Below are positions 35,827 through 46,587 of a stretch of DNA of 63,357 bases, one piece after another (positions within the stretch are counted from its first letter, which is position 1; every line of letters begins with the position of its first letter). The notes beneath the pieces were generated by a model. That model worked only from the letters and a program-made list of their open reading frames with translations. It was not told the origin of the DNA and ran no database searches. The stretch covers positions 1-63,357 of the forward strand of contig JALWZC010000058.1 in the NCBI GenBank assembly GCA_027002875.1, read 5' to 3'. Position numbers and translations under genes: made by a program. This DNA comes from Desulfurococcales archaeon. Lineage in GTDB: Archaea > Thermoproteota > Thermoprotei_A > Sulfolobales > Desulfurococcaceae.

Positions 35827-36402
35827 TTGAGCGTATCGATTGAAGAGTTAAGAGAAAAACTACTAGAGCAGGCTAAGAAGAAAGCTGAAGAAATAATAAG
35901 GGAAGCAGAGAAGAAAGCCGGGGAAATAACCGCGGCGGCTGAAGCAGAATGGCTAGAGAAGAGTAAGAAGGAGAGGGAGAGGATTATTAGTGAAGCAGAG
36001 ACTAAAGCTAGAATTATTATCTCCGAGGCAAGAAGGAAAGCTAGAATTAAGATAACCGAGGCTAAAAATACCGTCGTCAATGAGGTATATGGGGAAGCGT
36101 GGAATCGCATAAGTAACCGGCAAGGCTTCGATGTTTATTTATCTCTGAAGAATCTACTCGAAGAAGCACTAAGCTATATTGATAACCCGGATACTGTGCT
36201 GGTGTCTGAGAAAGATAGGGATATTATCGGTAGAGTTCTAAAGGATAAAGGTTTAGACTTAAAAATTCAGACTGCTGGGGTTACGGGAGGTCTTCTAGTG
36301 AGCGATAACTATGGTAACATCGTGGATAATAGCTACGATACAAGGTTTAGGAGGAGTAGAGAAGTATTACTACCAATAATATCGCGGATCCTCTGGGGTT
36401 AA
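35827..36402 (+). CDS. atpE: A-type ATP synthase subunit E
   Basis: 191 aa with a long N-terminal K/E/A helix and a globular C-terminal domain. Operon position supports the call. Confidence 0.65.
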   Translation: MSVSIEELREKLLEQAKKKAEEIIREAEKKAGEITAAAEAEWLEKSKKERERIISEAETKARIIISEARRKARIKITEAKNTVVNEVYGEAWNRISNRQGFDVYLSLKNLLEEALSYIDNPDTVLVSEKDRDIIGRVLKDKGLDLKIQTAGVTGGLLVSDNYGNIVDNSYDTRFRRSREVLLPIISRILWG

Positions 36403-36408
36403 CCGAGA

Positions 36409-37359
36409 TTGAGTTTTTACCCGTATACGGTCCTTAAAAATACTTTATCCTACACGCTTACTCGTAGAGACTATGAGAACATTCTTAGTAGTCGAAGCGT
36501 TGATCAAGCCCTTAAGAACCTACTGGATAAAGCGTTAGGACTCTACGTCTATACGGGTTTACAGGAGAGGGGCCGGTATACGTTACGTGATGTTTTCGAG
36601 TTAATCGATAAGTATGAGTCTTTGAAGATAAATAATGCCTATAAGAAGGCTGGGCGTAAAGCTAGGCTTGTATTCAATGAGTTAAAAAGATTTATTGATG
36701 CTATAAACATGTTTATCGTCGCGACTGAACTAATACATGATAGGAAGCCTACATTTTTGCTCCCGCTTAGTCATTTAAGCCTTGCAGCGGGGGAGGGTAA
36801 GATAGACTTCTATTCTCTTCCTAGGATTACTAGGCTTGTATTAATGGAGGCTCTAGGTAGGCATGGCTTTGATCCTTCGATGATCCAATCCCTAATACCA
36901 GCGCGTAGTTTCCTCTCACTATTATCTAAACCTGCTAGGAATGTTTATGGTATTTTACATGATGCTTTCTCCTTAAAGCTCTGTATGGAGTATAATGTTG
37001 ATCCGGTTTACCTTGTTGTTATGGATAGGGATAGTTTTAGGGAGGCTTGTGGGCAGAAGAGTCTTACTGGTTTGTTGAATGTTCTTCGTACTAGTAATAT
37101 TTTTACATCTATGATCAGCGATTTTATCCAAATGGCTTCACGGTACTATAAGGGCAGACACATATTAGTAGTATCATCAATTTTTACTGCTTCTAGGGAG
37201 ACTGTTTCACTTATTCGCCGCGAGGCGGATATTGCACTTAAGTTATTTGTTTTGTCAATTGGTGAAGCTATATTGCTTCGTTATGCGTTGATAAGTGTTG
37301 ATTCGGGGTTTTTATCTGATTTTACAAGGGAGATCATTACTGGGTGGTGGCCTCTTTGA
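36409..37359 (+). CDS. atpC: A-type ATP synthase subunit C (V-type d-like)
   Basis: 316-aa helical protein between E and F. Called mainly from operon position and size. Confidence 0.55.
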   Translation: MSFYPYTVLKNTLSYTLTRRDYENILSSRSVDQALKNLLDKALGLYVYTGLQERGRYTLRDVFELIDKYESLKINNAYKKAGRKARLVFNELKRFIDAINMFIVATELIHDRKPTFLLPLSHLSLAAGEGKIDFYSLPRITRLVLMEALGRHGFDPSMIQSLIPARSFLSLLSKPARNVYGILHDAFSLKLCMEYNVDPVYLVVMDRDSFREACGQKSLTGLLNVLRTSNIFTSMISDFIQMASRYYKGRHILVVSSIFTASRETVSLIRREADIALKLFVLSIGEAILLRYALISVDSGFLSDFTREIITGWWPL

Positions 37360-37364
37360 CTTTT

Positions 37365-37691
37365 ATGCCTAGGATGCGCCGAGGCCTCGTTATAGGTGAT
37401 CCCTACCTAGCACTGATTGCTTCAGCTGCTGGTTTTAATTATTTAATATATAACGGTAATTGTAGTAGTGTTAGGGAAGCTTTGGAAAAATCTTTACCCG
37501 ATGTAGGATTGGTAATTGTTTTGCGAAGTATATATGATGAATGCGTTTTTATCCGAGAATTCGAGGAAGAGCATCGGGATGTCTTGTTTATTCAGCTTGA
37601 TGATCCGAGGATGATCGAGAAAATAGATCCTAAGAAATATTATGAAGAGCTTATGGCTAAATACATTGGTATGAGGTTCGAATTAAAATAG
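37365..37691 (+). CDS. atpF: A-type ATP synthase subunit F
   Basis: Track ORF is 37344..37691; ATG at 37365 lies 6 nt after the atpC stop. GLVIGDPYLALIASAAGF resembles the F-subunit I-G-D-x-D-x-x-x-G-F block. Confidence 0.6.
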   Translation: MPRMRRGLVIGDPYLALIASAAGFNYLIYNGNCSSVREALEKSLPDVGLVIVLRSIYDECVFIREFEEEHRDVLFIQLDDPRMIEKIDPKKYYEELMAKYIGMRFELK

Positions 37692-37738
37692 TGTTTAACC
37701 GGATTCATTGTAATTGTTTGGTGTGGTGGGAGTAGGAG

Positions 37739-40700
37739 ATGCCTGCGCGTGGTAGGATATATAGGGTTTCAGGACCCCTCGTTATTGCTGATGCTATGAG
37801 GGGTTCTAAGGTTTATGAAGTCGTAGAAGTTGGAAGTGATAGGTTAATCGGTGAGATTATCGGTGTTGAAGGGGATAAAGCTATCATACAGGTTTATGAG
37901 GATACGACCGGGCTTAGGGTTGGAGACGAAGTATATGGTACTGGTTATCCTTTAGCGGCCGAACTAGGCCCCGGGCTTATATCATCAATCTATGATGGTA
38001 TACAGAGGCCTCTACCACTACTATGGGAGATCGCCGGCTTCTTCGTTAAGAGGGGTGTTAAAGCTGCACCACTACCTAGGGATAAGAAATGGCACTTCAT
38101 CCCTCTGGTAAAACAGGGGGATAAGGTTGGGCCTGGCGATTACCTCGGGTATGTTGAAGAAACCGAGGTTGTACGCCACTATATAATGGTTCCCCCCGAC
38201 GTGAGCGGCGAGGTTAGAGAGATCGCTCCTGAGGGTGATTATAGAGTCGATGAAGCAATAGCTAAGATAGGCGATAAAGAGGTATTAATGCTGCAGAAAT
38301 GGCCGGTTAGAAAACCTAGGCCTTACAGGGAAAAACTAGAGCCTCGAGAACCCCTAATAACGGGGCAGAGGGTAATCGATTTCTTCTTCCCTCTAGCCAA
38401 GGGTGGAAAAGCAGCAATACCGGGCGGCTTCGGTACTGGGAAGTGTGTACTTCCGGGAACGCCAGTATTACTCAGTGATGGGAGTGTAAAGATTATTGAT
38501 GAGTTATTCAGGGAAGTTAAGGGTGGAGAACCCGATCTATCCCTAGATGAGGAATTAATTGATGTTAGCAGTAGAGGATTAGAAGTCTTAGCTTTTAATG
38601 GTGAAAAATTCGTTAAGGCCCGTGTAACACATGTTTATAGAGGATATACTGATAAAGTGGTTAGGATTAAAACGGCTAGTGGTAGGGTAATAGAGGTTAC
38701 ACCAGTCCATAAACTACCAGTATTTAACCCGGACGGCTACATAGAGTTTATCGAGGCACAGAAGATCAAGCCTTCAGATTATATAGTAATACCTCGTAAA
38801 GTAATGATTAACAAAGCTGAACCCCCTATCTTGCCTCTCGAGAAACTAGGGGAGTATAGTGATGTTGTAAGCAGGGATGAAAACGTAAATAGTATTGTTA
38901 GAAGAGTTCTTAGGAGATTACCCGACTCGGAGATCCATAGACTTTCAATGGAAACGGGTTTATCATATTCAACTATTAAGACGCTAGCCTATGCTAGGCG
39001 TTCTATTCCATTCAGATTATTAGTGCAACTACGCAGAGAGTATAGCGAGATAAGTCTTCCGAAATATTTCGGTTTAAGAAGGAGTAGTAAAACAATTATA
39101 CTGCCCCGGAGAATGAGCGAGGAGTTAGCCGAGTTCTTGGGCCTCTTACTATCGGATGGCTCAGTTATTGATCGCCGCATCGTGTTCTTCAATAATGATG
39201 AAGCGTTAAGGAGAAGGTTTAAGGAATTAACTCGTATGATCTTCAATGTAGAAGCTGTGGAGAAAAAGTGTCGTACAGTTGATTGTGTCGAGATAAACTC
39301 AAGGCTTCTAGCGAGGTTTCTCCACCTACTAGGAATACCTATACGTGGGAAGTCCTACTCTGCCGAGGTTCCAGTCTACGTGTTTAAATCTCCTATCCAC
39401 ATTATTACAGGGTTTTTGAAGGGATATTATCTCGGCGATGGAGGATTCAGTGGTAATACCTTAGAATTCTATAGTGCTTCTAGGAAAATGATCAGTGGCT
39501 TAGCATACTTATTGTCAAGGTTAGGGATATTGTACTCTATCAGTAGCTCTGGCCATAGGCTTGAAATAACCGGGGTAAGTGAGCTCGAGAAATTCTATAG
39601 TTTAGTCCTACATGATGCTCCAGGGATTGGTAAGGTTGAGAAACTGTATGAATACATTGCTTCTAAGAAGAGGAATAGGCTAGTGCGGGAAACTATCCCG
39701 CTTTCACTAATGCTTCTAAGAAAGCTCTACAAGATCGCTTCTAAGCGGGAATTCGAGAAGCACGGCGTGCATATCGGTAACCAGATTTATAATAGGGAGA
39801 ACCTGTCTAGTCAAGGACTCTTAAAACTAGTGTATACTACTAGTAATTTAGTACAGGCTGAAGAGGCTTATAGTAGTGTACTAAGCCTTTTAGAGAAACT
39901 AGTACACGCATTGAAATACGTCGCATTGGATAGGGTTGAAGAAGTAAGTATTGTTGAGGAGAAGACTCCAGTATATGATATAACTGTTGAAAAATACCAT
40001 AACTTCATCGGCGGCGAGATACCGGTTATCTATCACAATACTGTTACCTTGCAGCAATTGACTAAGTGGAGTGCTGTTGATATTGCTATTTATGTTGGTT
40101 GTGGTGAGCGTGGGAATGAGATGGCTGATGCGCTTCATAGTTTTCGTAGGCTTGTTGATCCTAGGACTGGAAAAGCCCTTGTTGAGAGGAGTATATTCAT
40201 CGCTAATACCAGTAATATGCCGGTAGCTGCCCGTGAGACTAGTGTTTTCCTAGGCGCTACGCTGGGCGAGTATTTCAGGGATATGGGCTACCACGTGTTA
40301 ATGGTTGCAGACTCTACTAGTAGATGGGCTGAAGCCATGAGGGAGATCAGTGGTAGGCTTGAGGAGCTGCCCGGCGAGGAGGGTTACCCGGCATATCTAG
40401 GCTCAAGGCTTGCAAGCTTCTATGAGAGAAGCGGCTTCGTAAAAACCATCGGACAACCGGAGAGGATGGGAAGCCTAACAATTATGGGAGCCGTATCCCC
40501 CCCGGGAGCAGATTTCAGCGAGCCAGTTACACAATCGACTCTTAGAATCGTTAGAGCACTCTACGCTCTAGACGTTAACCTAGCCTATAGGAGGCATTAC
40601 CCAGCTATAAACTGGCTGATCAGCTACAGCCTCTACGTGGACAACATTACGGATTGGTGGCATAAAAACATCGATCCTGAGTGGAGGAGGATGAGGGAGA

Positions 40701-41083
40701 AAGCACTAGCTATTCTGCAGAAGGAGGCTGAGCTTGAGGAGCTCGTCCGCCTCGTTGGTGCAGAAGCATTACCGGAGGAGGATAAGTTACTGCTGGAAGT
40801 AGCACGTATGATCCGTGAGGATTTCCTACAGCAGAACGCCTTCCACGAAATAGATACTTATTGCCCCCCGAAGAAAGCCGTGCTTATGATGAAGGCTATA
40901 CTGTTATTCTACGAGCTTGGCCTTAAAGCGATAAAACAGGGTGTAACAGTTGATGATATTAGGAAGTTGAAGTCGAGGGTCTCTATTGCCCGCATGAAGG
41001 AGATCCCGAATAAGGGCTTCGAGCCCTACTTCGAGGAGTTGTTTAAGGAAATTAGAGAGGATTATAAGAAGCTAACCGGGTGA
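37739..41083 (+). CDS. atpA: A-type ATP synthase catalytic subunit A, interrupted by an intein
   Basis: The exteins give a 582-aa A subunit. P-loop GGFGTGK/T is split by the insert, followed by [10 protein letters not shown], and the C-terminal domain is conserved. Confidence 0.95.
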   Translation: MPARGRIYRVSGPLVIADAMRGSKVYEVVEVGSDRLIGEIIGVEGDKAIIQVYEDTTGLRVGDEVYGTGYPLAAELGPGLISSIYDGIQRPLPLLWEIAGFFVKRGVKAAPLPRDKKWHFIPLVKQGDKVGPGDYLGYVEETEVVRHYIMVPPDVSGEVREIAPEGDYRVDEAIAKIGDKEVLMLQKWPVRKPRPYREKLEPREPLITGQRVIDFFFPLAKGGKAAIPGGFGTGKCVLPGTPVLLSDGSVKIIDELFREVKGGEPDLSLDEELIDVSSRGLEVLAFNGEKFVKARVTHVYRGYTDKVVRIKTASGRVIEVTPVHKLPVFNPDGYIEFIEAQKIKPSDYIVIPRKVMINKAEPPILPLEKLGEYSDVVSRDENVNSIVRRVLRRLPDSEIHRLSMETGLSYSTIKTLAYARRSIPFRLLVQLRREYSEISLPKYFGLRRSSKTIILPRRMSEELAEFLGLLLSDGSVIDRRIVFFNNDEALRRRFKELTRMIFNVEAVEKKCRTVDCVEINSRLLARFLHLLGIPIRGKSYSAEVPVYVFKSPIHIITGFLKGYYLGDGGFSGNTLEFYSASRKMISGLAYLLSRLGILYSISSSGHRLEITGVSELEKFYSLVLHDAPGIGKVEKLYEYIASKKRNRLVRETIPLSLMLLRKLYKIASKREFEKHGVHIGNQIYNRENLSSQGLLKLVYTTSNLVQAEEAYSSVLSLLEKLVHALKYVALDRVEEVSIVEEKTPVYDITVEKYHNFIGGEIPVIYHNTVTLQQLTKWSAVDIAIYVGCGERGNEMADALHSFRRLVDPRTGKALVERSIFIANTSNMPVAARETSVFLGATLGEYFRDMGYHVLMVADSTSRWAEAMREISGRLEELPGEEGYPAYLGSRLASFYERSGFVKTIGQPERMGSLTIMGAVSPPGADFSEPVTQSTLRIVRALYALDVNLAYRRHYPAINWLISYSLYVDNITDWWHKNIDPEWRRMREKALAILQKEAELEELVRLVGAEALPEEDKLLLEVARMIREDFLQQNAFHEIDTYCPPKKAVLMMKAILLFYELGLKAIKQGVTVDDIRKLKSRVSIARMKEIPNKGFEPYFEELFKEIREDYKKLTG
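38444..40039 (+). mobile_element. Intein (532 aa) with LAGLIDADG homing-endonuclease domain, inserted in the AtpA P-loop
   Basis: Begins with Cys (GTGK|CVLPGT) and ends VIYHN|T with Thr +1. Block B TPVHKL. LAGLIDADG motifs [14 protein letters not shown] and [15 protein letters not shown]. In frame, 1596 nt. Confidence 0.9.
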
Positions 41084-41090
41084 TAAAGGT

Positions 41091-42494
41091 TTGGCTGGAG
41101 CAGTACCTTTATCAGTGAAGGAGTCTTCGAGGCTTGTCAAGGCTCAGGGAAGCCTTTTGATCGCTGAGCCTATGAAGGGTGTTAGCTATGGTGAAGTAGT
41201 AGAGGTAGTCCTAGGTACTGGAGAGTCTAGGCTTGGCCAAGTAATCGATGTAAGCCGTGATGCAACGATTATACAGGTATTCGGCGGTGTAAGCGATATA
41301 GATCTTAAGAATAGCCGTGTAAGATACCGTGGCGAAACCTTCAAGTTACCGGTCAGCACCGATATGCTTGGAAGAATATTTGATGGATTAGGGAGGCCTA
41401 TTGATGGCGGCCCCCAGATAATCCCTGAAGACTATCTAGACATTAACGGTGCACCATTAAACCCTGCAGCGAGGCTTCCACCATCAGAGTTTATAGAGAC
41501 CGGTATATCAGCTATTGACGGGCTTAACAGCCTCGTTAGGGGGCAGAAGCTACCGATATTCAGCGGCTCAGGCCTACCCCATAATAGGATCGCGGCTCAG
41601 ATCGTTAGGCAGGCACGCGTCCGGGGTAAGGAGGAGAGGTTCGCTATAGTGTTCGCCGCGATCGGTGTAAGCTATGATGATGCAATGTTCTTCATCGAGA
41701 ACTTTAAGAATTATGGAGCATTAGAGAATACTGTTGCATTCATAAATACTGCAGACTCACCAGTTATCGAGAGGATTGCTATTCCAAGGGTAGCATTAAC
41801 AGTTGCAGAATTCCTTGCTTGGAGGTATGACATGCATGTCTTAGCGATATTAACCGATATGACTAACTACTGTGAAGCACTCAGAGAGCTAAGCGCTGCT
41901 AGGGAAGAAGTTCCAAGCCGCCGCGGTTATCCCGGGTACATGTATACAGACCTAGCAACGATCTATGAGAGGGCTGGAAGGGTTGAGGGTAAGAAGGGCA
42001 GTGTAACACAAATGCCCATATTAACGATGCCCGACGACGACATCACCCATCCAATACCAGACTTAACCGGCTATATTACTGAGGGGCAACTCGTCCTGTC
42101 GAGGCAGCTGTGGCTTAAAGGCATTTATCCTCCCTTCGATATATTGATGAGTCTATCCCGGCTTATGAAGGATGGTATTGGGCCGGGTAAGACTAGGGAG
42201 GACCACCGTGGAGTATTCATGCAGCTATATGCAGCTTATGCTGAGGGAGTTAAGCTGCGGGAGCTAGCTGTTGTTGTTGGAACAGAAGCCCTTTCACCCC
42301 GTGATCGTAGATACTTAGACTTCGCAGACAGGTTCGAGAGAGAATTCATTGGACAAGGAGAGTATGAGAGGAGGACTATTGAGGAGACGCTAGATAAGGG
42401 CTGGGAGCTACTAGCGATACTGCCCGAGGAAGAACTGAAACATGTAAAGGAAGAGCATATTAAAAAGTATCACCCACGTTACCGTAAAAAATAG
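41091..42494 (+). CDS. atpB: A-type ATP synthase subunit B
   Basis: 467 aa with typical B-subunit blocks [28 protein letters not shown] and [13 protein letters not shown]. Confidence 0.95.
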   Translation: MAGAVPLSVKESSRLVKAQGSLLIAEPMKGVSYGEVVEVVLGTGESRLGQVIDVSRDATIIQVFGGVSDIDLKNSRVRYRGETFKLPVSTDMLGRIFDGLGRPIDGGPQIIPEDYLDINGAPLNPAARLPPSEFIETGISAIDGLNSLVRGQKLPIFSGSGLPHNRIAAQIVRQARVRGKEERFAIVFAAIGVSYDDAMFFIENFKNYGALENTVAFINTADSPVIERIAIPRVALTVAEFLAWRYDMHVLAILTDMTNYCEALRELSAAREEVPSRRGYPGYMYTDLATIYERAGRVEGKKGSVTQMPILTMPDDDITHPIPDLTGYITEGQLVLSRQLWLKGIYPPFDILMSLSRLMKDGIGPGKTREDHRGVFMQLYAAYAEGVKLRELAVVVGTEALSPRDRRYLDFADRFEREFIGQGEYERRTIEETLDKGWELLAILPEEELKHVKEEHIKKYHPRYRKK

Positions 42495-42527
42495 AATACC
42501 CTCCTTCAACCATTTTTACAGGTTATC

Positions 42528-43139
42528 CTATCTGCTCAGTATTCTCGTAATACCCTTTAATGATTCCAGGACTTTTCGGGTGAAGACATATTTAGCTGTT
42601 TCCTCCAACGTCACGATCGCATCTAGTGCTGAGTGAACACTAGTACCCCATGCAAATACTCCATGCATAGGAACTATTACTAGGTTAGCACCCTTCTCAA
42701 CCTCCTCTGCAATATTTAGTGCTAACTCGAGCGTCCCCGGCTCAGCCGGCTTGGCTATTGAGACGTTTCCAACACTATACTTAACCTCTAATGGACCCGC
42801 TAACCACCAGTTTTCTAAGCCTATATCCGTCAGTGCTAGGGCTAATGGCGTATGTGCGTGTAATACGGCTTTTGCCTCCGGAATTCTCTTATAGATTTGA
42901 GCATGGGCGTTCACTTCTATTGATGGCCTATATCTTCCAGTATATTGACCGGTTTCTAAATCGTATTCTACGAGGTCTTCAATCGTTAACCTATGCTTGG
43001 CTAATCCACTGGGCGTTATCAGTATCCTCGAAGACTCTACCCTTATACTCCCATTTCCACCCCGAGGGTTAGTCATACCCAGGATTACCAGTGTTTTCAT
43101 AGCTTCTATAAGTTCTACTCTTTCATCCACCAATTTCAT
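42528..43139 (-). CDS. Class II aldolase/adducin-family protein
   Basis: NGSIR, AVLHAHTPLALAL and VIVPMHGVFAWG match fuculose-phosphate aldolase / MTRu-1-P dehydratase-type blocks. Confidence 0.7.
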   Translation of the reverse strand: MKLVDERVELIEAMKTLVILGMTNPRGGNGSIRVESSRILITPSGLAKHRLTIEDLVEYDLETGQYTGRYRPSIEVNAHAQIYKRIPEAKAVLHAHTPLALALTDIGLENWWLAGPLEVKYSVGNVSIAKPAEPGTLELALNIAEEVEKGANLVIVPMHGVFAWGTSVHSALDAIVTLEETAKYVFTRKVLESLKGITRILSR

Positions 43140-43146
43140 CCCTCAC

Positions 43147-43860
43147 CTAGTCTACTGTAACGAAATCCCCTGCTTTCAGAACCCTAATACTGTTTGATCC
43201 AATCCTCTCCTTTAATAACTCCCGGAATCTTTCGCCAGAGCAGTGTAGCGGTATTATAAGCTTCGGTTTAGCCTTCTCCGCTAATATGTCAACGTATTTC
43301 TCAATGATCCTGTTAGGCGCGTTTGATAAGTGGAATCCGCCAATTATGCAGCATAAATCTTCATTCAGAGTCTCATCAATGTACTCTAATAATCTTTCAA
43401 GGCCCGGATGTATACATCCCGAGAAAACAACTAACCCATTGCTACTGCGAATTATTAAGAAATGCTCCCATGGAGGACCATTTAAGGGCTTTGTTACAAG
43501 TATATCGTTGCTCAACCATATATCGCTTATAATCTCGTGGGGCTTTAATCCCTCGCCGAGAAGCTTCTTTCCAAGCCCCTCCATAGAACCATAGGGTATG
43601 TAGACGTCTAAGTAGGGAGACGACCATCCCAGGTTGAATACTCCGCCTATGTGTGGAGTATGGATATGTGATAGTATTACGGCATCGATTAATTCTATAT
43701 CAATATTCATTTTTTCAGCATTGTACTCTAAAATCTCAGCCGAGGGGCCTGTATCGAATAATAATATCTTCTCATCGCTATCTATATATATTGATAAACC
43801 ATGAATTCCTTTAAACCCCTCCCGTGCTTCATCATTAACGATTATTCCTATCCTTATCAA
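43147..43860 (-). CDS. Metallo-beta-lactamase-fold protein
   Basis: ILSHIHTPHIGG resembles H-x-H-x-D-H but with Pro at the Asp position. The beta-lactamase-fold length and C-terminal His/Cys blocks fit the family. Confidence 0.5.
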   Translation of the reverse strand: MIRIGIIVNDEAREGFKGIHGLSIYIDSDEKILLFDTGPSAEILEYNAEKMNIDIELIDAVILSHIHTPHIGGVFNLGWSSPYLDVYIPYGSMEGLGKKLLGEGLKPHEIISDIWLSNDILVTKPLNGPPWEHFLIIRSSNGLVVFSGCIHPGLERLLEYIDETLNEDLCCIIGGFHLSNAPNRIIEKYVDILAEKAKPKLIIPLHCSGERFRELLKERIGSNSIRVLKAGDFVTVD

Positions 43861-43910
43861 CTCGTTGATACACCATTAAACCCGTAAAGGATACTTAACT
43901 ACTCATATAT

Positions 43911-44447
43911 TTGGGGATAACACAATTATATCCTTACCATATAATTTCATTAAACCCAGTAGAGTTAATTCATTGTTCGTTCTGCGGGTTCGCCGGCATG
44001 AACGGAGGCATTAACAGGATCTACTATGTAGTCTTTATGATACTGCTGATACTGGTTGTCGTTATCGGCCTATCCAGTTGTTCCTTGGAGTGTTGGGGGT
44101 TTAATGGTTACTTACGATTAGCGAATTTTTCTAGTCAGAACACTGGTTTTTTAATATCGAGTAATTGGGCCGTGAATCTATATCTTCAATTCTACCTCGG
44201 GATACTTTTCCTAGCCGCAAATATCTTCGGCGTATTAACGGGGCGTAGGCCCTGTATCTATATCGCTATACTGTCAGCGGTAACGATGATATTAATTGAA
44301 GTATTAATAAGCGGCTACTTCTACCCGGCTTTTCCACAATATACTGGGTTTGGGAAGGATTACTTATTATTAATTGATGCCTACATGACCCTCGTAGTTA
44401 TAATCCAAGTATTTATACCGCTACTATACAAGTACCGAGGCCGTTGA
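43911..44447 (+). CDS. Polytopic membrane protein
   Basis: 178-aa hydrophobic ORF. An internal ATG (MNGGINRIYY) is a possible true start. Confidence 0.45.
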   Translation: MGITQLYPYHIISLNPVELIHCSFCGFAGMNGGINRIYYVVFMILLILVVVIGLSSCSLECWGFNGYLRLANFSSQNTGFLISSNWAVNLYLQFYLGILFLAANIFGVLTGRRPCIYIAILSAVTMILIEVLISGYFYPAFPQYTGFGKDYLLLIDAYMTLVVIIQVFIPLLYKYRGR

Positions 44448-44457
44448 GGGGTGGGTA

Positions 44458-45696
44458 ATGCTACTCTTCCCCTATGCGTTATGGCTGCTACTCGCTACAG
44501 CCGCAATTGATAGGCTTAGTCGGTATAAACGGTACGCCTTATTAACGGGCACTGCTTCTCTAGGAATGTTTATCTATGACTCTGTAAGGATCGTTGCTAA
44601 CCAGTTGATAATACCCTACTCCCTATCCATGCTCCCATTAATTTATAACCTACCTATTTCAACGATCATCCTTTTTGATCAATTAACTGCTATTATTTCT
44701 ACTCTAATTATACTATTCTATCTCATAAGAATCTATAACGGAACCGGTGATTTCAGGCTCGGTATTTTAGTAGTTTTGATGATCTTGTTTATTTCTAGTA
44801 TTGATCTAGTTGTATGGTTGTTGTGTCTCGTCCTATTATTTGTATTATTCAAGGATTTCCTCATAGATATTTATCGTAGACTACCGGTTCTAACGTTAAT
44901 TTTACTAATCCTAGCTTTAACCATAACTGGTAGCCCGAACTTAGCCTATTTCTCAAACCTATACCTTCACAATCTCATACCAAGGACTTTTTATGATTTA
45001 TACTATGTGTTAATTCTGAGTACTTTCTCCACCATTGCACTAGTTTATGGCGGGATTAGTCCTTTAAGGAGAATGATCTATAATAGCCGGGGCTTTTTAG
45101 GATTAGTCTATCTTTCCCTTATAATGGTTTTACTTAGGGTAAATTATACATTCTTGTTAGACAGTAAACTACACCTCTACTATGGGCTAGTCTATACCAT
45201 CACAGGCTTCTATACTATTTATTCCATAGTTCTAGGTAAGGGTGAGGATTATTTGAGCGATAGGGTTTATTGGAACTCTATACCACTTCTAGTCTTTTGG
45301 GTTAGTGGCCCCGAACCAGTATCGCTCGTGTTGTTGTGGGGTTTATTGTATCTAGTGATCCTCATCGGAGAGGAAGTTCTCCCAAATAGTAATGCATTTA
45401 ACCGTTTATCTTATAGTGGAGTCTATCCCTTTCCAAGTTTCATCGCTTGGAGCGTTTTACTCGGTGTTTTAGCCTTTATTAATCCCATTCTGCTTATAAT
45501 TATTCTATTACCCTTCCTCCTTAGATCCTCTATTATTATTTATAATTTTAAGGGATTTATCAGTAGTAGTTTCCTTTATTGGCTACTTAGTTTATTTATT
45601 GGTATCATAGTTGTATTATATTATGGTTATTTCATCGTACCCTTTAGTAATTACTTTATCGAGTTTACTATTTATAGAAACATAGTGATTTGGTGA
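44458..45696 (+). CDS. Polytopic membrane protein (about 12 TM), faint NuoN/MrpD-like pattern
   Basis: 412 aa and almost entirely hydrophobic. FDQLTAIISTLIILFYLIRIY and LTITGSPNLAYFSNLY loosely recall proton-antiporter-type subunits. Weak evidence. Confidence 0.35.
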   Translation: MLLFPYALWLLLATAAIDRLSRYKRYALLTGTASLGMFIYDSVRIVANQLIIPYSLSMLPLIYNLPISTIILFDQLTAIISTLIILFYLIRIYNGTGDFRLGILVVLMILFISSIDLVVWLLCLVLLFVLFKDFLIDIYRRLPVLTLILLILALTITGSPNLAYFSNLYLHNLIPRTFYDLYYVLILSTFSTIALVYGGISPLRRMIYNSRGFLGLVYLSLIMVLLRVNYTFLLDSKLHLYYGLVYTITGFYTIYSIVLGKGEDYLSDRVYWNSIPLLVFWVSGPEPVSLVLLWGLLYLVILIGEEVLPNSNAFNRLSYSGVYPFPSFIAWSVLLGVLAFINPILLIIILLPFLLRSSIIIYNFKGFISSSFLYWLLSLFIGIIVVLYYGYFIVPFSNYFIEFTIYRNIVIW

Positions 45697-45700
45697 TAGT

Positions 45701-45964
45701 ATGGGTTTGTCAGACATCTTACTATACGTTTATATGTCGTCGCTTATAGTGTCTCCATTATTTTATTATTACATTGGGAAACTCCGCGGGGTTAATAATA
45801 GTAGGTTTGACTACGACGAGTACTTGTACACTGTTATACTTTCGAGAGCAAGAAAATTATTCAAACAATTTGAATTATTTCTCCAAAAGAACGGATTAGA
45901 CTCATACATTACGTGGTTATCGATATTCTTAATCGTTGGACTTATGGTGATGCTCGTTGATTAA
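45701..45964 (+). CDS. Small membrane protein (2 TM)
   Basis: 87 aa, tightly packed within the membrane-gene cluster. Confidence 0.4.
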   Translation: MGLSDILLYVYMSSLIVSPLFYYYIGKLRGVNNSRFDYDEYLYTVILSRARKLFKQFELFLQKNGLDSYITWLSIFLIVGLMVMLVD

Positions 45965-46583
45965 TGAACTTATTGTCTACCTAGTCTTCCTATTATTTTT
46001 CCCCGGTTACCTAGCCCATTTTCTACTAAAAATAATTTTTAATTATAAAGGAACCTTAATCCTTATGACAAATACTATTGCATTCACAATACTAATTCTA
46101 TCACATGGTTTCAGCTTGGAAGTTATTAGTCTTATTTTTGCTTCATTAATCCTGTTACTCGGTTTACTAGTGAATTCTAGACCTGATGATTATTTATGGA
46201 TTGTATACGCGGTATTTTTCGATATTGTATTGGGTACTGGTATTTTCTTGGTAAATCATTACTGGCTGGTTGTAGTAGGAGGGATCATCCTATTATTCAT
46301 AATTAACACGCCTTTCCACAGTAATAGTGTCGAAGGTTATCTCATATTCTCTATATCCTGGTTTGCCTTCATTGCCTTAACTAGTTGTTTGGGGGGTTGG
46401 TTTTGGTTGTTTCTCTTATTATCATTATTTATACCTGTTGCCGAGCTGTTTGTCTATAAGGCTCTTAGGAGGATGTTTTACGGCAATATTACCTTGCAGA
46501 ATAAATTGTTTGACCGCTATGTTTCAATTAATGGCGTAGTAGTATTTACTTATCTAGCAATAATGTTTCTCATAGCGTGGTGA
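45957..46583 (+). CDS. Polytopic membrane protein (about 6 TM)
   Basis: 208 aa, hydrophobic, overlapping the previous gene by 8 nt. Confidence 0.45.
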   Translation: MINELIVYLVFLLFFPGYLAHFLLKIIFNYKGTLILMTNTIAFTILILSHGFSLEVISLIFASLILLLGLLVNSRPDDYLWIVYAVFFDIVLGTGIFLVNHYWLVVVGGIILLFIINTPFHSNSVEGYLIFSISWFAFIALTSCLGGWFWLFLLLSLFIPVAELFVYKALRRMFYGNITLQNKLFDRYVSINGVVVFTYLAIMFLIAW

Positions 46584-46587
46584 TGGG

